A DNA stretch of 64,000 nt, taken from contig NMRA01000536.1 of assembly GCA_002633005.1 (NCBI GenBank), forward strand, positions 76,195 to 140,194, in the 5' to 3' direction. The position numbers and the translations under genes are program-made. This DNA comes from Phoronis australis. Its lineage: Eukaryota; Animalia; Phoronida. Below, in pieces: positions 1 through 11,266 of the stretch; the stretch's first letter is position 1; every line of letters begins with the position of its first letter. The notes below the pieces were generated by a model, which searched no databases, had not been told where the DNA came from, and saw only the letters and a list, made by a program, of their open reading frames with translations.

Positions 1-228
1 GGTGGTCATGCGAAATTCCTTGCACAGATTGTCCTGTATATGCTAACACTCTAACACATATGTCTGCAAACATGTGGTGGCAGAATGATCTAACCGATTG
101 ACATGAATAAACAAAACAAAGAGCATTGTTTTTAGAGTGCTACAAAAGGGTGTGCAGCTATGGCTTGACACATGACTTGTTCCTAGCGCAAGTAGATAAC
201 GCCACGTTAACCAAACGACGTACAAGCA

Positions 229-507
229 TGAAAATAATTTCCACCCGGGTGAAAATAATTTCCACCTAGGTTGAAATAGTTTCCACCCGGGTGAAAATAA
301 TTTTCACCTAGGTTGAAATAGTTTCCACCTGGGTGAAAATAATTTCCACCTAGGTTGAAATAATTTCCACCCGGGTGAAAATAATTTCCACCTAGGTTGA
401 AATAGTTTCCACCCGGGTGAAAATAGTTTCCACCCAGGTGAAAATAGTTTCCACCCAGGTGAAAATAGTTTCCACCTAGGTTGAATTATTTCCACCTAGG
501 TGGAAAA
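229..507. repeat. 21-bp tandem repeat (~13 copies), units nearly self-complementary
   Basis: Units TGAAAATAATTTCCACCCGGG / TTGAAATAGTTTCCACCTAGG repeated head-to-tail; gives the spurious WKLFSPG ORF 304..495. Confidence 0.95.
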
Positions 508-659
508 TGAAAAATGAAAAAATATTTAAACAAAAGTAGCGATGATACTTTTGGGCCACCGTAGAATGGAGTGTTCGAAAAACAGGATTGCAGGAGTATT
601 TGTTTAAACTGGGAACAAATGAAAACATTAACGACCTCCTCCGAGGCATCTCTCTACAC

Positions 660-2232
660 GGTACTTCTAATATATTTAGATGGCTCGGAGCAGTCTTTGA
701 GGAAAACACTTCACATTTTAAACCATTTTGCAAAATATTCTGGTCTAAAGCCTAATCTGGAAAAAACAATTTGTATTTGGATAGGTTCTATGAAGGGTAG
801 CTATCAAAAATGTGCTGTGACGTAAAACTGAAATGGGCAACATCAGAATTCACTTTACTCGGTATTCCATTCTCCAGTGATTTAAATAAAATTTCCGACA
901 TTAATTTTAACAGCAAGCTTGGTGAAACAGAGAAGGCTATAGGCATGTGGGGAAAAAGAAACCGACACTTTTTGGAAGAATAACAGTTATGAGATCTATC
1001 ATTATGCCAAAACTCATTCATCTCAGTCTTCGGTCCCCTTCACAGGCCTTCCTGAAACAACTGATCACAATTTAAGTTTCTGCTGTTTTGTATGGAACGG
1101 TAAAACGGAAAAAATATGTCGTAAGATTATGGCTCAAGAGTACAATGTTGGCGGAGCTAGAATGATTGATGTCAGCTCTTTTATGAAAGCCATTAAACTA
1201 ACTTGGTTTCGAAGACTACTTTGTCAAAGTACTACAAGTCCATGGGCAGTTTTAGCAAATGGCCTGTTATCAAGAGTTTCAAAAAATTACTTAATGTTCG
1301 GGGATTTCTATTTTACAAAGATGTCCCAAATGACTTCTAATGTATTTTGGAAAGTCTTTCAATGTGTCCATGAATTCAGATTGTTAGTTCCCGAAAACTA
1401 TGGTATTTATCAGCCTCTATGGTTTAATTCGAGTATACTGATAGATAACAAACCTGTTTTATAAACGGTGATATCAAAAAGGCGTAACTCATGTACATGA
1501 CTTACTTGATTCTGATGGTTGTTTCCTTAATTATGAGGAGTTTTTTAATATAAAAAAATTTAACTTTACCCCTCAAGTAACTTTATTCAACGGTCTACGA
1601 AGCTCATTATATGCTAGCTGGAGTCATTTCAGAGAGGGAAAGCATCAAGTAATTTTACCGAGTCGTCCACGATACATTGAAGTTATTTTGGGAGATGTCA
1701 AAGGAGTAGATAAAATTTACCAAGTTATTGTCTCTCAGAATGGTGGAAAAACAGTGTCAAATGAAGTGGAGTAAAAAATTAAATCTCCCGGATACTGCAG
1801 AATGGTGATACAATGTTTTTCCTACATATATTCATTCACCGAAGATGTTTCTCTGAGATTGTTCCAGTTTAGGCTAGTTCATAGAATTATATCACGTAAT
1901 GAATTTTTATACATTAAGATTGGCGTAACTGAGAGCTCATTGTGCACTTTTTGCTTAAATGAAATTGAATCTATTGTCCATGTGTACTGGTCTTGTAACG
2001 TTACTCAGCAGTTTTGCACTAAATGTAAATAACTGGCTCTATGATGCTGTTGGGCATAGTTTAGAGCTGTCTATACAATCAGTTCTGTTTGGAGTTCAGG
2101 TTGAAACAGTTTTACGCAGTATGATTCTTTGCCTCGGAAAGTACCACATTTATAAACAAAGATTAAAGTGCAAATATCCCTGCATAATAATGTTTAAAAA
2201 GGAAGTTGCACTGTACATTTCCACTGAACGGT

Positions 2233-2277
<45 letters not shown>

Positions 2278-2487
2278 AACAAAATGAAGTATGGTGAATT
2301 TATAGAGCGCTGGCAAGGTCTTGAAATTGTTCGCTTATTCTGAATGAATCATAGCCTTTACTGTGTTTTTTTTCTTTTCCAATGTCAAATTACCTTTGTA
2401 CATATCAGCACTGTAAGTTAATACCTTAACTGTTCCTTGGCTGTGATTGTGTGATCTGTACCGTACCTATTATATTGAATAAAAAAA
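660..2487 (+). mobile_element. 5'-truncated, decayed L1/Tx1-clade LINE ORF2 (RT C-terminus to zf-RVT) with 3' A-tail
   Basis: Broken frames encode LDGSEQSL..LNHFAKYSGLKPNLEKT..WIGS, FVWNGK..EYNVGGARMID..KLTWFRRLL, QPLWFNS, FQFRLVHRII..CTFC..ESIVHVYWSC (CCHC), LGKYHIYK; many stops and frameshifts; ends AATAAAAAAA at 2478-2487. Confidence 0.85.
2233..2277. repeat. (CA)n(TA)n compound microsatellite inside the LINE 3' end
   Basis: acacac...atatat run seen directly. Confidence 0.95.
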
Positions 2488-2539
2488 GATTCACGGGGAA
2501 GGCTATGAATTGTGCATTTCGCAGAATTTTGGTAGTTCA

Positions 2540-2711
2540 AACAAAAAGTCCGAGAAAACGAGACAAAATCCACTCAAAAAGACACAACACACAATTCACA
2601 GGTCTGAACATGGTACCCAGTTTATTTAATCCTCTCCCTTTTTTGTTAGTAAAAGGTCCTAATTGTCAGAAATTCGAGCCCCCCCATATTAAAGGCTGGG
2701 TGCGGGCATGC
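2540..2711 (-). mobile_element. Partial copy of the CATGCGCGCACCCAG-terminated MITE family
   Basis: Reverse complement of catgc..gcacccagcc..ggggggctcgaattt..ggaccttt..gtggattttgtctcg seen at 8973-9238 and 9378-9617. Confidence 0.7.
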
Positions 2712-3074
2712 AATAAGACAGAGCGCCATCGAAAGGATGCCGCTTAAAGAACTTGAAGACAACTAATAGAGAATTACACAAAAGGAATATTTCTCATGGT
2801 GTACTTGTTGCCTTAGTATCATAACTGTTAACAAGAGCAACGCAGAGCGTTGAAATGCTCCCACAAATGCACCGCAAACGATTTGTTTCATATAAATGGA
2901 CATTAGCTGGCGCAAAAAACATCCAATCCATCTGAAAACGGGCACGTGTCATCACTTCCGTAATAGAAAGGTATTTACCAAATTTCCTAAATTTTTTTCA
3001 AGGAACTTCAGAGAGACAAATGAAAACAAAAAAATGAAATTGCCACTATATGGCACAGCGTTCGTTGCATGGCG

Positions 3075-3210
3075 GTGTTCTGTCGTTCAGCAACTTTTCC
3101 AGACGCGAGGGGTTTTGAACGTGCGATAACATCTGGCTCCTTTGTTAACTGCCCAGCTCAGTATTTTGTCTCGTATGATCACAAGCAGGCCAATTATCTC
3201 CCAGGCTTGA
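3075..3210 (+). repeat. Dispersed repeat copy, inverted relative to 6995-7118
   Basis: gttctgtcgttca..acttttccagacg.gagggg..gaacgtgcgataacatctggctc.tttgttaactgcccagctcagt..gcaggccaattatctcccaggctt matches the reverse complement of 6995-7118. Confidence 0.85.
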
Positions 3211-3493
3211 AACCTGGCAGAATGGATTCACTTAACTTCTGTTGTAGTTGGGCGATTTTGGTGATTAAAAAACAGAGGCGCTGGGTCTTGATGCTTTGAC
3301 AAGGGGCAAGTCCGTCTCAAGGCACTCTTATACATTACAAGACAAAAGTTATCAGAAAAAATACTATTTTCCCCATCAGACAGGCTAATTCTGTGAAAAG
3401 CAAAAATTACAAGTAAAAACTATCAGGGTGGCAAGATTCTACAAAGTGGCTTAGTCACCTTACTAACATTCCTGTTAATTCTCATTCATTCTC

Positions 3494-3512
3494 AGCCACC
3501 AGGGGACACTAC
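3494..3512 (+). promoter_or_regulatory. CTCF-like motif
   Basis: AGCCACCAGGGGACACTAC versus consensus CCAC/GYAGG/AKGGCRCY. Confidence 0.35.
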
Positions 3513-3928
3513 TCTCCTGACAAAGCAGTTTCCCCACAGCCAACATGAATTCCAGGCCATTTCATCTGAATCCTTTTGTTTGGTTTGTACCTTGTTGACA
3601 AAATACAAATACTCTTGATGTAGCCAGACTACAAACTTTAACGACAAAAACTGCCAAATTGTGGGGTAGAAATCTAGAGGAAGGAATCAAATCTTAACAA
3701 CACACAAGTGATCTAAGAGACAGCAATCGTGTATCTGGAACTTCTTGTAAGTCTACAAACATTTGCAATATTGCACTATTTGGTGAGGTCGGTGTAAATA
3801 GGTATCTAACTGCAGATCAATGGCAAATGGTCTAAAGCTGCCAACAAACAGTCCCATTGTCTTTCATAAGCGTTCTTATACCACTATTTTAAGTTCATCA
3901 GCCAACATCAAGAACACCAATGCAGTCA

Positions 3929-5983
3929 TCAGTCTCCACCCAGATGCATGTTTTTCAAGTGTTTCACATGACCTTCCTTGCACTTAAAACATTTTCCACA
4001 CACACTGCACTTGTATGGTTTCCCACTGGTGTGTGTTTTTTGATGCCCAATGAGTCCGTTGGTTCTTTTGAAAGACTTTCCGCACTCTGTGCAGCTGTAT
4101 GGTCTCTCCTCAGTATGTATCCGTGAGTGTGAAACAAGATCACTGTTCCTTCTAAAGGACTTTCCACACACAGCGCAAGAGACAGGTCTTTCATCTCTGT
4201 GCATTTTTAAGTGGACAGTAAGACCTCCTTTCTGATTGAAAGATTTCCCACACACTGAACAAATAAAAGGTTTCTCAGCAGTGTGTAACCTCAAGTGAGT
4301 GGAAAGACCACCCCTTTGTGTGAAAGACTTTCCACACACGGTGCACCTGTAGGGTCTCTCGCCAGTGTGTGTTCTAGAGTGAACGACAAGATCTCCGCTT
4401 AAGTTAAAAGACTTTCCACACACAATACACACGTACGGCCTTTCACCAGAGTGTGTTCTTGTGTGGATAACAAGATCCCTTTTTTGGCAAAAAGATTTTT
4501 CACACTCAGTGCATTCAAAAGGTCTTACACTCATGTGTATTTTTGAGTGAGTTATAAGAGAACTGCTTAGTTTAAAAGACTTTTCACATACAGGACACTT
4601 GTATGGTCTCTCACCAGAATGTATCCCTCTAATGTGACAAGTAAGATCATACTTCCTCTTGAAAGACTTTGTGCACAGGGAACATTTGAATGGTCTCTCG
4701 GCACTGTGAGTTCTTGAGTGAACGATAAGTTCACCATTTAGTTTAAAAGACTTTCCGCACGCAATACACGCATACGGTTTTTCACCAGTGTGTGTTCTTG
4801 TGTGAATGGCAAGAACCTTTTTTTGGCAAAAAGACTTTTCACACACAGTGCACTTAAAAGGTCTTTCACTCATGTGTGTTTTTGAGTGAAGAGTAAGCGC
4901 ATCTCTTAGTTTAAAAGACTTTCCACATACAGCACACTTGTATGGCCTCTCACCAGAGTGTATCCCTTTAATGTGACAAGCGAGAGTATACATACGCTTA
5001 AAAGATTTCGTGCACAGCGTACATTTGAATATTCTTTCACTAGAGGTCTGTTCACCATAATGTGTCCTTACGTGTTTAATAAGACTGCAGTTATGTTTAA
5101 AGCACTTTCCACACACAGAACATGGGTATCGGCTCTCACTAGAATGGGTTCTTATGTGATGAGCGAGTTCATGGTTTTCATTAAATGACTGCGCAAAAAT
5201 AGTGCAGCTATACGATTTTGGACCACTGTGCGTTTTTGTGTGCACACCTAGACTACATCTGCTTGGAAACGACATGCGACAGAAAGTACATTGGTATAGC
5301 TTTTCCACAGAATACCCAGTTAAATGCTCCTCCAGCTGGTTGTGATTTGTAAATACCTGCCCACATTCAATACAGTGGCACTGCTGGGCAGTACAAGAGT
5401 TGTCCACCACTATAGGCATTTCAGTCACATCATCACTTATCATGGCCGTATGTTCATCACATTCTAATTTGAACTCAGTTGGTACAAATAGTTTTCTACC
5501 AACGCGGCACTCGACGCCAACATAATTGGCCAAGTTTTCATCCACCTCCTCCTTGATGCAATGATTCTCACCAAATTGTTCACGTTTAATGCCAACAGCG
5601 TTAGTTCCATGACACTCTAAACCAAAACTCACATTCAGGGTGTCTATGCAACCATAGCTATCCGCATGACATTTGGTCATAACTGACTTACGATCTTCAG
5701 TGCACACCTCTTGCTCACCATAATCAGCCAATTCCTCTTTTACTTCCCCCTTGATGCAATAATCTTGTTCACTCTCTCGACTTCCACTTTCACCAACATG
5801 ATTCCTATTTAAGTCACCATTCAGTTCCTCCTTGATCCAGCAATCCTCTGCACTCTGGCTCTTTGCACTGCCAACGGTATCAACCCCAAAGTATTCAAAG
5901 CCTCGACCGACATCTGGTATTTTAGCATGGTTTTCCTTGAACTCCCCGAAAGCAACGTCTGAGAAACCTTGTGCTGATGCCAT
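3929..5983 (-). CDS. C2H2 zinc-finger protein A (684 aa; ~15 intact + 2 degenerate fingers, acidic IKEE-repeat N-terminus); single coding exon
   Basis: Long ORF with CxxC-x12-HxxxH repeats and TGERPY/SGERPY linkers; acceptor tttccag at 6015-6016, 31 nt upstream of ATG, with an in-frame TGA in that leader. Confidence 0.93.
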   Translation of the reverse strand: MASAQGFSDVAFGEFKENHAKIPDVGRGFEYFGVDTVGSAKSQSAEDCWIKEELNGDLNRNHVGESGSRESEQDYCIKGEVKEELADYGEQEVCTEDRKSVMTKCHADSYGCIDTLNVSFGLECHGTNAVGIKREQFGENHCIKEEVDENLANYVGVECRVGRKLFVPTEFKLECDEHTAMISDDVTEMPIVVDNSCTAQQCHCIECGQVFTNHNQLEEHLTGYSVEKLYQCTFCRMSFPSRCSLGVHTKTHSGPKSYSCTIFAQSFNENHELAHHIRTHSSESRYPCSVCGKCFKHNCSLIKHVRTHYGEQTSSERIFKCTLCTKSFKRMYTLACHIKGIHSGERPYKCAVCGKSFKLRDALTLHSKTHMSERPFKCTVCEKSFCQKKVLAIHTRTHTGEKPYACIACGKSFKLNGELIVHSRTHSAERPFKCSLCTKSFKRKYDLTCHIRGIHSGERPYKCPVCEKSFKLSSSLITHSKIHMSVRPFECTECEKSFCQKRDLVIHTRTHSGERPYVCIVCGKSFNLSGDLVVHSRTHTGERPYRCTVCGKSFTQRGGLSTHLRLHTAEKPFICSVCGKSFNQKGGLTVHLKMHRDERPVSCAVCGKSFRRNSDLVSHSRIHTEERPYSCTECGKSFKRTNGLIGHQKTHTSGKPYKCSVCGKCFKCKEGHVKHLKNMHLGGD

Positions 5984-6994
5984 TTCAAAAAGCTTTTCTC
6001 ATTGATGATAACACCTGGAAATAGAAGTACAAAGGCATTTGCCATATGCTGACCAACTGAACTGAAACTGAAACTTAAACAGTAAAGAGATAAAAGTTCA
6101 ATAAACTTGAATAATCAATTAACTTTGAAAAAAATGAGGAGAAAAGGTATCAGTTGTGGGTAGAGTAAGTGCGCTGCCTTTGTGTGTGTTTGAAAATGTC
6201 AACAATTGCTAATAGCTTAGCAAAAAGTCCAGGGCTCGACAGAATAAGCTGCAGGTAGCATTTGCGACCTGACATTTGGAAATGCGAAAAAGAAAAAGTT
6301 TCATAACGGGAGTATTTGTTTGAGTTGGAAGAACTTAAACACATCGACAACCTCCTAAGGTGTTCGTCTATGCGCAAAAGGTAGTTATAACAACGTGACT
6401 TTGATGGTTTAGTCGGTGCGAGGCATAATTCGCCGAAAAGCTTCCGGCGTACAGAGCGCTTATAGCCTCTACATCGCCTCTGGTTCGGGCCAACAGAGGC
6501 GATGGTCATTGCCTAAGACGGAGATTGTCTACTGACACACTTACTTTGTACTGCAAGTGCAAGTCAAGAGAAGACTACATACTACTGCTAAAGAAAGTGA
6601 TGATGACGATGAAGGTAAAGAAGCACAAAATTTCATGAAACCATTCTTCATCGGGAACCGATTCACTCGTACAAGCATGTTCTAGTGATCCTTTGCCTAT
6701 GTCTGTCGACTCTTCAGAAAATGCCCTGCGCCAAGGCAACAATTCTAGTATTAGTGGTGTTCCCGGACAATACTACACCTAAACAGTGTTTGTCTTCAAA
6801 CAGTGTTACTTATTACACCTAATCTGTGTAGTAGATGTAAAAACAGTCACTATACTTTTCCACGCACAAATACACCTCGCAACGCACACACATCAATTTT
6901 GGGCGCCGCTTGCATCCCGTCTAAACGGATTACCAACGCACTGGGTTTGATTGTTACGCGTACGGTAATAGCGTGCAACCACCATACGTTTCCT

Positions 6995-7118
6995 TTGAAG
7001 CCTGGGAGATAATTGGCCTGCGGGGAAAAAAGACTGAGCTGGGCAGTTAACAAAAGAGCCAGATGTTATCGCACGTTCGACACCCCTCACGTCTGGAAAA
7101 GTTGAACGACAGAACGCT
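6995..7118 (-). repeat. Dispersed repeat copy inverted relative to 3075-3210; a more decayed tandem copy follows at ~7185-7325
   Basis: aagcctgggagataattggcctgc..ctgagctgggcagttaacaaaagagccagatgttatcgcacgttc. Confidence 0.85.
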
Positions 7119-7506
7119 GTAATGAATTAAAACAGACACCAATTCACGAGTTTGACTGTGTTAACACCTGGTCTGTAATAAGCCTGGAAGATAAGTGGCC
7201 TACTTAATTGTTGTCATAACAGACAAAAGAGTGTGCTTGGCAGTTAACAAAGAAGCTAGATGATTATCACACGCTCAGAACCCCCTATGTCTGGTAATGT
7301 CACTGAACGGGAAAACGCTGTCATGTCCTTACAGAACTTGATGCGTATGGTCACGGCTATGAATTGTGCCTTTCGCCGAATTTTAGTTATAGGTAGCTCC
7401 GGCTGCCTTTTTAGTGGACTTTTGTCTCGTTCTCTTTTTTTCGGAGTTCTTGTTTCTCTGAGCCCCCGCCGGAGCCCACCTGCGGGTGCGCGCATGGCGA
7501 ACACAC

Positions 7507-7632
7507 CTGTTTAGTGTACAATTTCCAAAGTAAAAAACGAACACTAAAGCAAACCGCCGGATCAACATGACTGTTTTTAAAATTGAAAAATGACCCAAAA
7601 TTAGCCGTCTTTGAATTTTGGTGAAATCGTTG
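7507..7632 (-). promoter_or_regulatory. Putative non-coding first exon / core promoter of ZNF-A
   Basis: Block conserved with 19915-20035 (aacatgactgtttttaaa.ttgaaaa; ccgtctttgaatttt), ending in minus-strand donor CAG|GTGTGT at 7507/7506. Confidence 0.45.
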
Positions 7633-7962
7633 CTGCGTAGTCGGTGACCATTATAATTTTGCAGTACCGATTACGATAGGTTAGCATGCAACGGGGCGCG
7701 GGGCCGGGCGGTTGTCAGTTTAAGACCACCGTACGGCACGTAAGGGCGTAAGCTGGGGACATTGTTGACGCACTACACGAAAAGGTCATTTTCTCTGCCG
7801 GGAGTATACCTGTTCCAGAACTAAAAGGCTTTTTGTAGCCTCTCCCATTTCGTCTATAATTCGAATAGATCACAAAAACGTGGAAGCAGTCCTATTTTCC
7901 GTACTATACTGGCGGGAAACTGAAGGTTTTCGACCATCTAGTAAGAAAGTGTTGACATGCAT

Positions 7963-8175
7963 GCAGTGCGCGCACCCAGCCTTCGATATAAGGGGGGGCT
8001 CGAATTCCCGACGTTGTGAACCGTTTGCTAACCGTAAAGGGAGCGGGCGGAGTAAAAAAAAGGAGCAACTCTGCGAATTGCGCGTTTGCGCTTATTTAGT
8101 GGACCTTAGTCCCATTTGTTCGGACTTCTTGTCTCGGCGGTGGACCTTTTTGCCCACTTCGAACCCCCCCCCNCT
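7963..8175 (+). mobile_element. CATGCGCGCACCCAG-family MITE copy
   Basis: gcgcgcacccagcc..gggggggctcgaattc..ttagtggacc..tttttgcccacttcg. Confidence 0.7.
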
Positions 8176-8972
8176 CGATTTCACACTTAGCAAGACTAAA
8201 GATCGGCCGAGTAACACAGTAGCAGTCAGATTTAGGGGGAGAGGGGGGCAGGGGACTACCTCCTCTAAGACCGCCAATATCCGAAAATACAAGAAATAAC
8301 AAGCCGAGCTACCTCCGATACGTAGCCGAGACAAATGTGATGTACAACGCCGATTGAGCACCGTCATTAGTGATTTCAGTCACAGGCAAACACTGAGGGG
8401 GACGTGCGGCCGTTTTGGTCGGGCAGTGACCACCACATGAGCCCTGGTGCAGCATGTATCCGCGGCGCTGGGCTCCTGTCCGAGTACTGTCACACCCCCG
8501 GGGTGTCATTCAAAGCTCAGGGTCCACAGCTCTCTCCAACCCTAGTGATTTTTTCCGCTCCCGGCCATACCCTTAATTTTTGCCCCGACCTGCACCCTCC
8601 TAATTGCTAGGTCAGTGCAATTCTAAAATCAACCATCTGGATGCTTCTCTGCAATTTATTCCCTGCTTCTGGGCAATTACGTTGCTTGTGTACCCCGCAC
8701 TGGCTGCTGATGTTATCTTTCAAGCTTGGGGCTACCATTACAAGTACGTATTCTTCTGCTTCTCATTAATTTTACTGCCAAGATGCTAACGTCCGGCTTA
8801 AACTTTAACTGGAAAAAATTTGCAGACGAAATAACAAAGCGAAAGAGATCCGTGACCGAAATTTCTGAACCACTTTGGTTTGTCATGATATGTACATATC
8901 GCCAGTCTACCGCATCCTTGATACGCACTCTTTTAAATTTTGTACTTGGATAACGCAGCATGAAGATGTTTA

Positions 8973-9238
8973 CATGCGGGCACTCAGCCTAAAAATGGGG
9001 GGGCTCGAATTTTGAGAATGTGCACCTTTAAGTTACTGAAAACAAAAAACGAGGAACGTACAAGGCTGTGAATTGTGCATTCGCCGAATTTTGGTAGTTC
9101 CTGCCTTTTTAGTGGACTTTTGTCACGTTTTCTACTTTTCTGACTTTTTGTTTCTCTGAGGCGTACCTTTTTGCCCACTTCGCCAAATGGGGGACTCCTT
9201 CGAGCCCCCGAGCACCCCCCCCCTCGGATGCGCTCATG
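8973..9238 (+). mobile_element. Near full-length ~266-bp MITE with imperfect TIRs (CATGCGGGCAC...GATGCGCTCATG)
   Basis: Inverted termini; internal sequence shared with 2540-2711, 7350-7497, 7963-8175, 9378-9617, 49028-49120; no clear TSD. Confidence 0.7.
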
Positions 9239-9377
9239 GTTTATAAAGCTTCAAGTCTGACTTGAGAGATTGTTAGACCTGGCGTGTTGTCAAGATGTAA
9301 CGTTGTGAATAGTTATAGTTGGTTAATGACAAAGGGTAACATTTGACAATAGTTAACACCCTAAAATACATATACAT

Positions 9378-9617
9378 CATGCGCGCATCCAGCCTTTAAT
9401 ATTGGGGGGGCTCGAATTTCCAACGATGCGGACCTTTTACCGACAAAAAAGCCACAGGACTAAAAAAAAAAACGGGGTACCATGTCCAGAGCTGTGAATT
9501 GCGCGTTTTCGCCTTTTTAGTGGACTTTTTGTCTCGTTTTCTCTGACATTTTGTTTCTCTGATGTGAATCTTTTTGTCCACTTCGCCAAATGGGGGGCTC
9601 GTTTGAGCCCCCCCCAA
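9378..9617 (+). mobile_element. CATGCGCGCACCCAG-family MITE copy
   Basis: catgcgcgcatccagcc..ggggggctcgaatttc..cacttcgccaaatggggggctc. Confidence 0.7.
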
Positions 9618-11266
9618 CCTAAAAAAGTGGTGCCTTTCTTTTCAGGTGTGAGGTCAACTCAAATTACAAAAAGGCGCGTGGGATGGGAGGGGTTCGTTGC
9701 TGTGGGCACGCGCGTTACATAACCCAGTAGCTACACAGCAATTCATACACAACAATCAGATGGGTGGTCCTGAAATCCCACAAAACGACATATTTGCTGT
9801 CAACTACTGTGAGCAAGTCCAACGCATCCAACGGCAAAAAGAAGCTACTACTAGACTCACGTAAAACGAGATGGGCAGGGCGACACAGTGCCTTTCGTCA
9901 TTTCCACAAAGTGTATATTTACATTTGAAAGCCTTTGACCTCAATGCACCCGGACAGGTAGGAGTATTAATTGCAGACAGCCTGTTTTCGGCAATCACCA
10001 CGTTTGATTTTATTGTCACATTTCTGACAGTCTATCAGTATCTATCAACGGTATCAATACAGTGGCCAAACTTTGTTTGATTTAAATGTTCGAAATAAAA
10101 TCTCAAAACCTCTGTTACATTTTCTAAATTATGGCGGCATCGATTTTGTTTTACCCGACTTCAAATTTTTTATAGAAATACAAAACTCCTACTTTTTAGT
10201 AGCTTCTCCTATAAAAGTGTAACATTTTAAAAACAAAGTATCACACACTTCTGTAGCTGCCTTCATTGACACAAACTTGGTTGAATGCACGACTTCTTAA
10301 TGTCTGGATGCTTCAAACAAATCCGATCAGCCATTTCCAAAAGACAATGTTTCGAATGGTCCCCCCTGAAACTCTCCCAGACTCCAATTGGCAGTTCGGG
10401 AACTGCGAATGTCTGATCGGCAAAATCCTGGCTAATACTCTGCCCTGGCCTCCCCTACATAAAAATCCTGGATCCACCCCTGCTACCCCACTGTCAATTT
10501 CATCAACACACATTTCAGGTATAATTAGCTTTAAGAGGAGTCTCCCAGTTAAAATGAGAGCCAAGAAGGCACAGCCCAGCAAACTAGCTTGAACACTGTC
10601 TCTAGCTACATCCACAAAAATCGGATATTTTTTAAAATTCTTAATGGATAGTTTTGACCAGTGTATAATAAAAACTGTTCCTAAGTTAATAAAGTATGGG
10701 GGGGGGGGGGGTTCAAGTGAAGAGGGTAGAAGTTTACATCAATGATTAAAGTCCGTGTATGGTCCACTTCCTTTAACTTCGCATCCCCCTGGGCCCCCTC
10801 CCCCCAAGTCACATGCTGGGCATGGGCATGGGTTGCACACTCAGGTACTCAAGTACTGGCACATCTGCATACAGTAGCAATGTTACAATTATAGGAAATG
10901 CTGCAGGGAACCTCCACAGCTATGGCATTATGTGAGCCCGTTGCTGAAATCGCGACAGCTTGCCCTGCAAGTCCCTGTACAAATGGACAAGGTCTCGCCT
11001 ACGTGCTGCATAACGGCACATTTTACACTCCTACTACAGTTTGACAAAAATACCATTTTGTTGTGACAAATGTTTAACTAAACTGACATACTGAACAAGG
11101 TAAGGGTAATCGTGATTCCGTCATGACGGTTAATTCTGTTAACAGCAAAAAGATTCGTTATAAATATAAAGATGTCGAAATTCTAATCACAGAATGGCTC
11201 ACTTTCCCGTTAATTCCTCTTCATTCTTGTTCATGGGGGGAAGGCTATTCTGACGATGAATTCAGC

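Noticed and set aside
304-495. ORF with WKLFSPG repeats
   Set aside because: Translation of the 21-bp tandem repeat; no evidence of coding
229-507. CRISPR-like array
   Set aside because: Repeats are contiguous with no unique spacers, no cas genes, eukaryotic context
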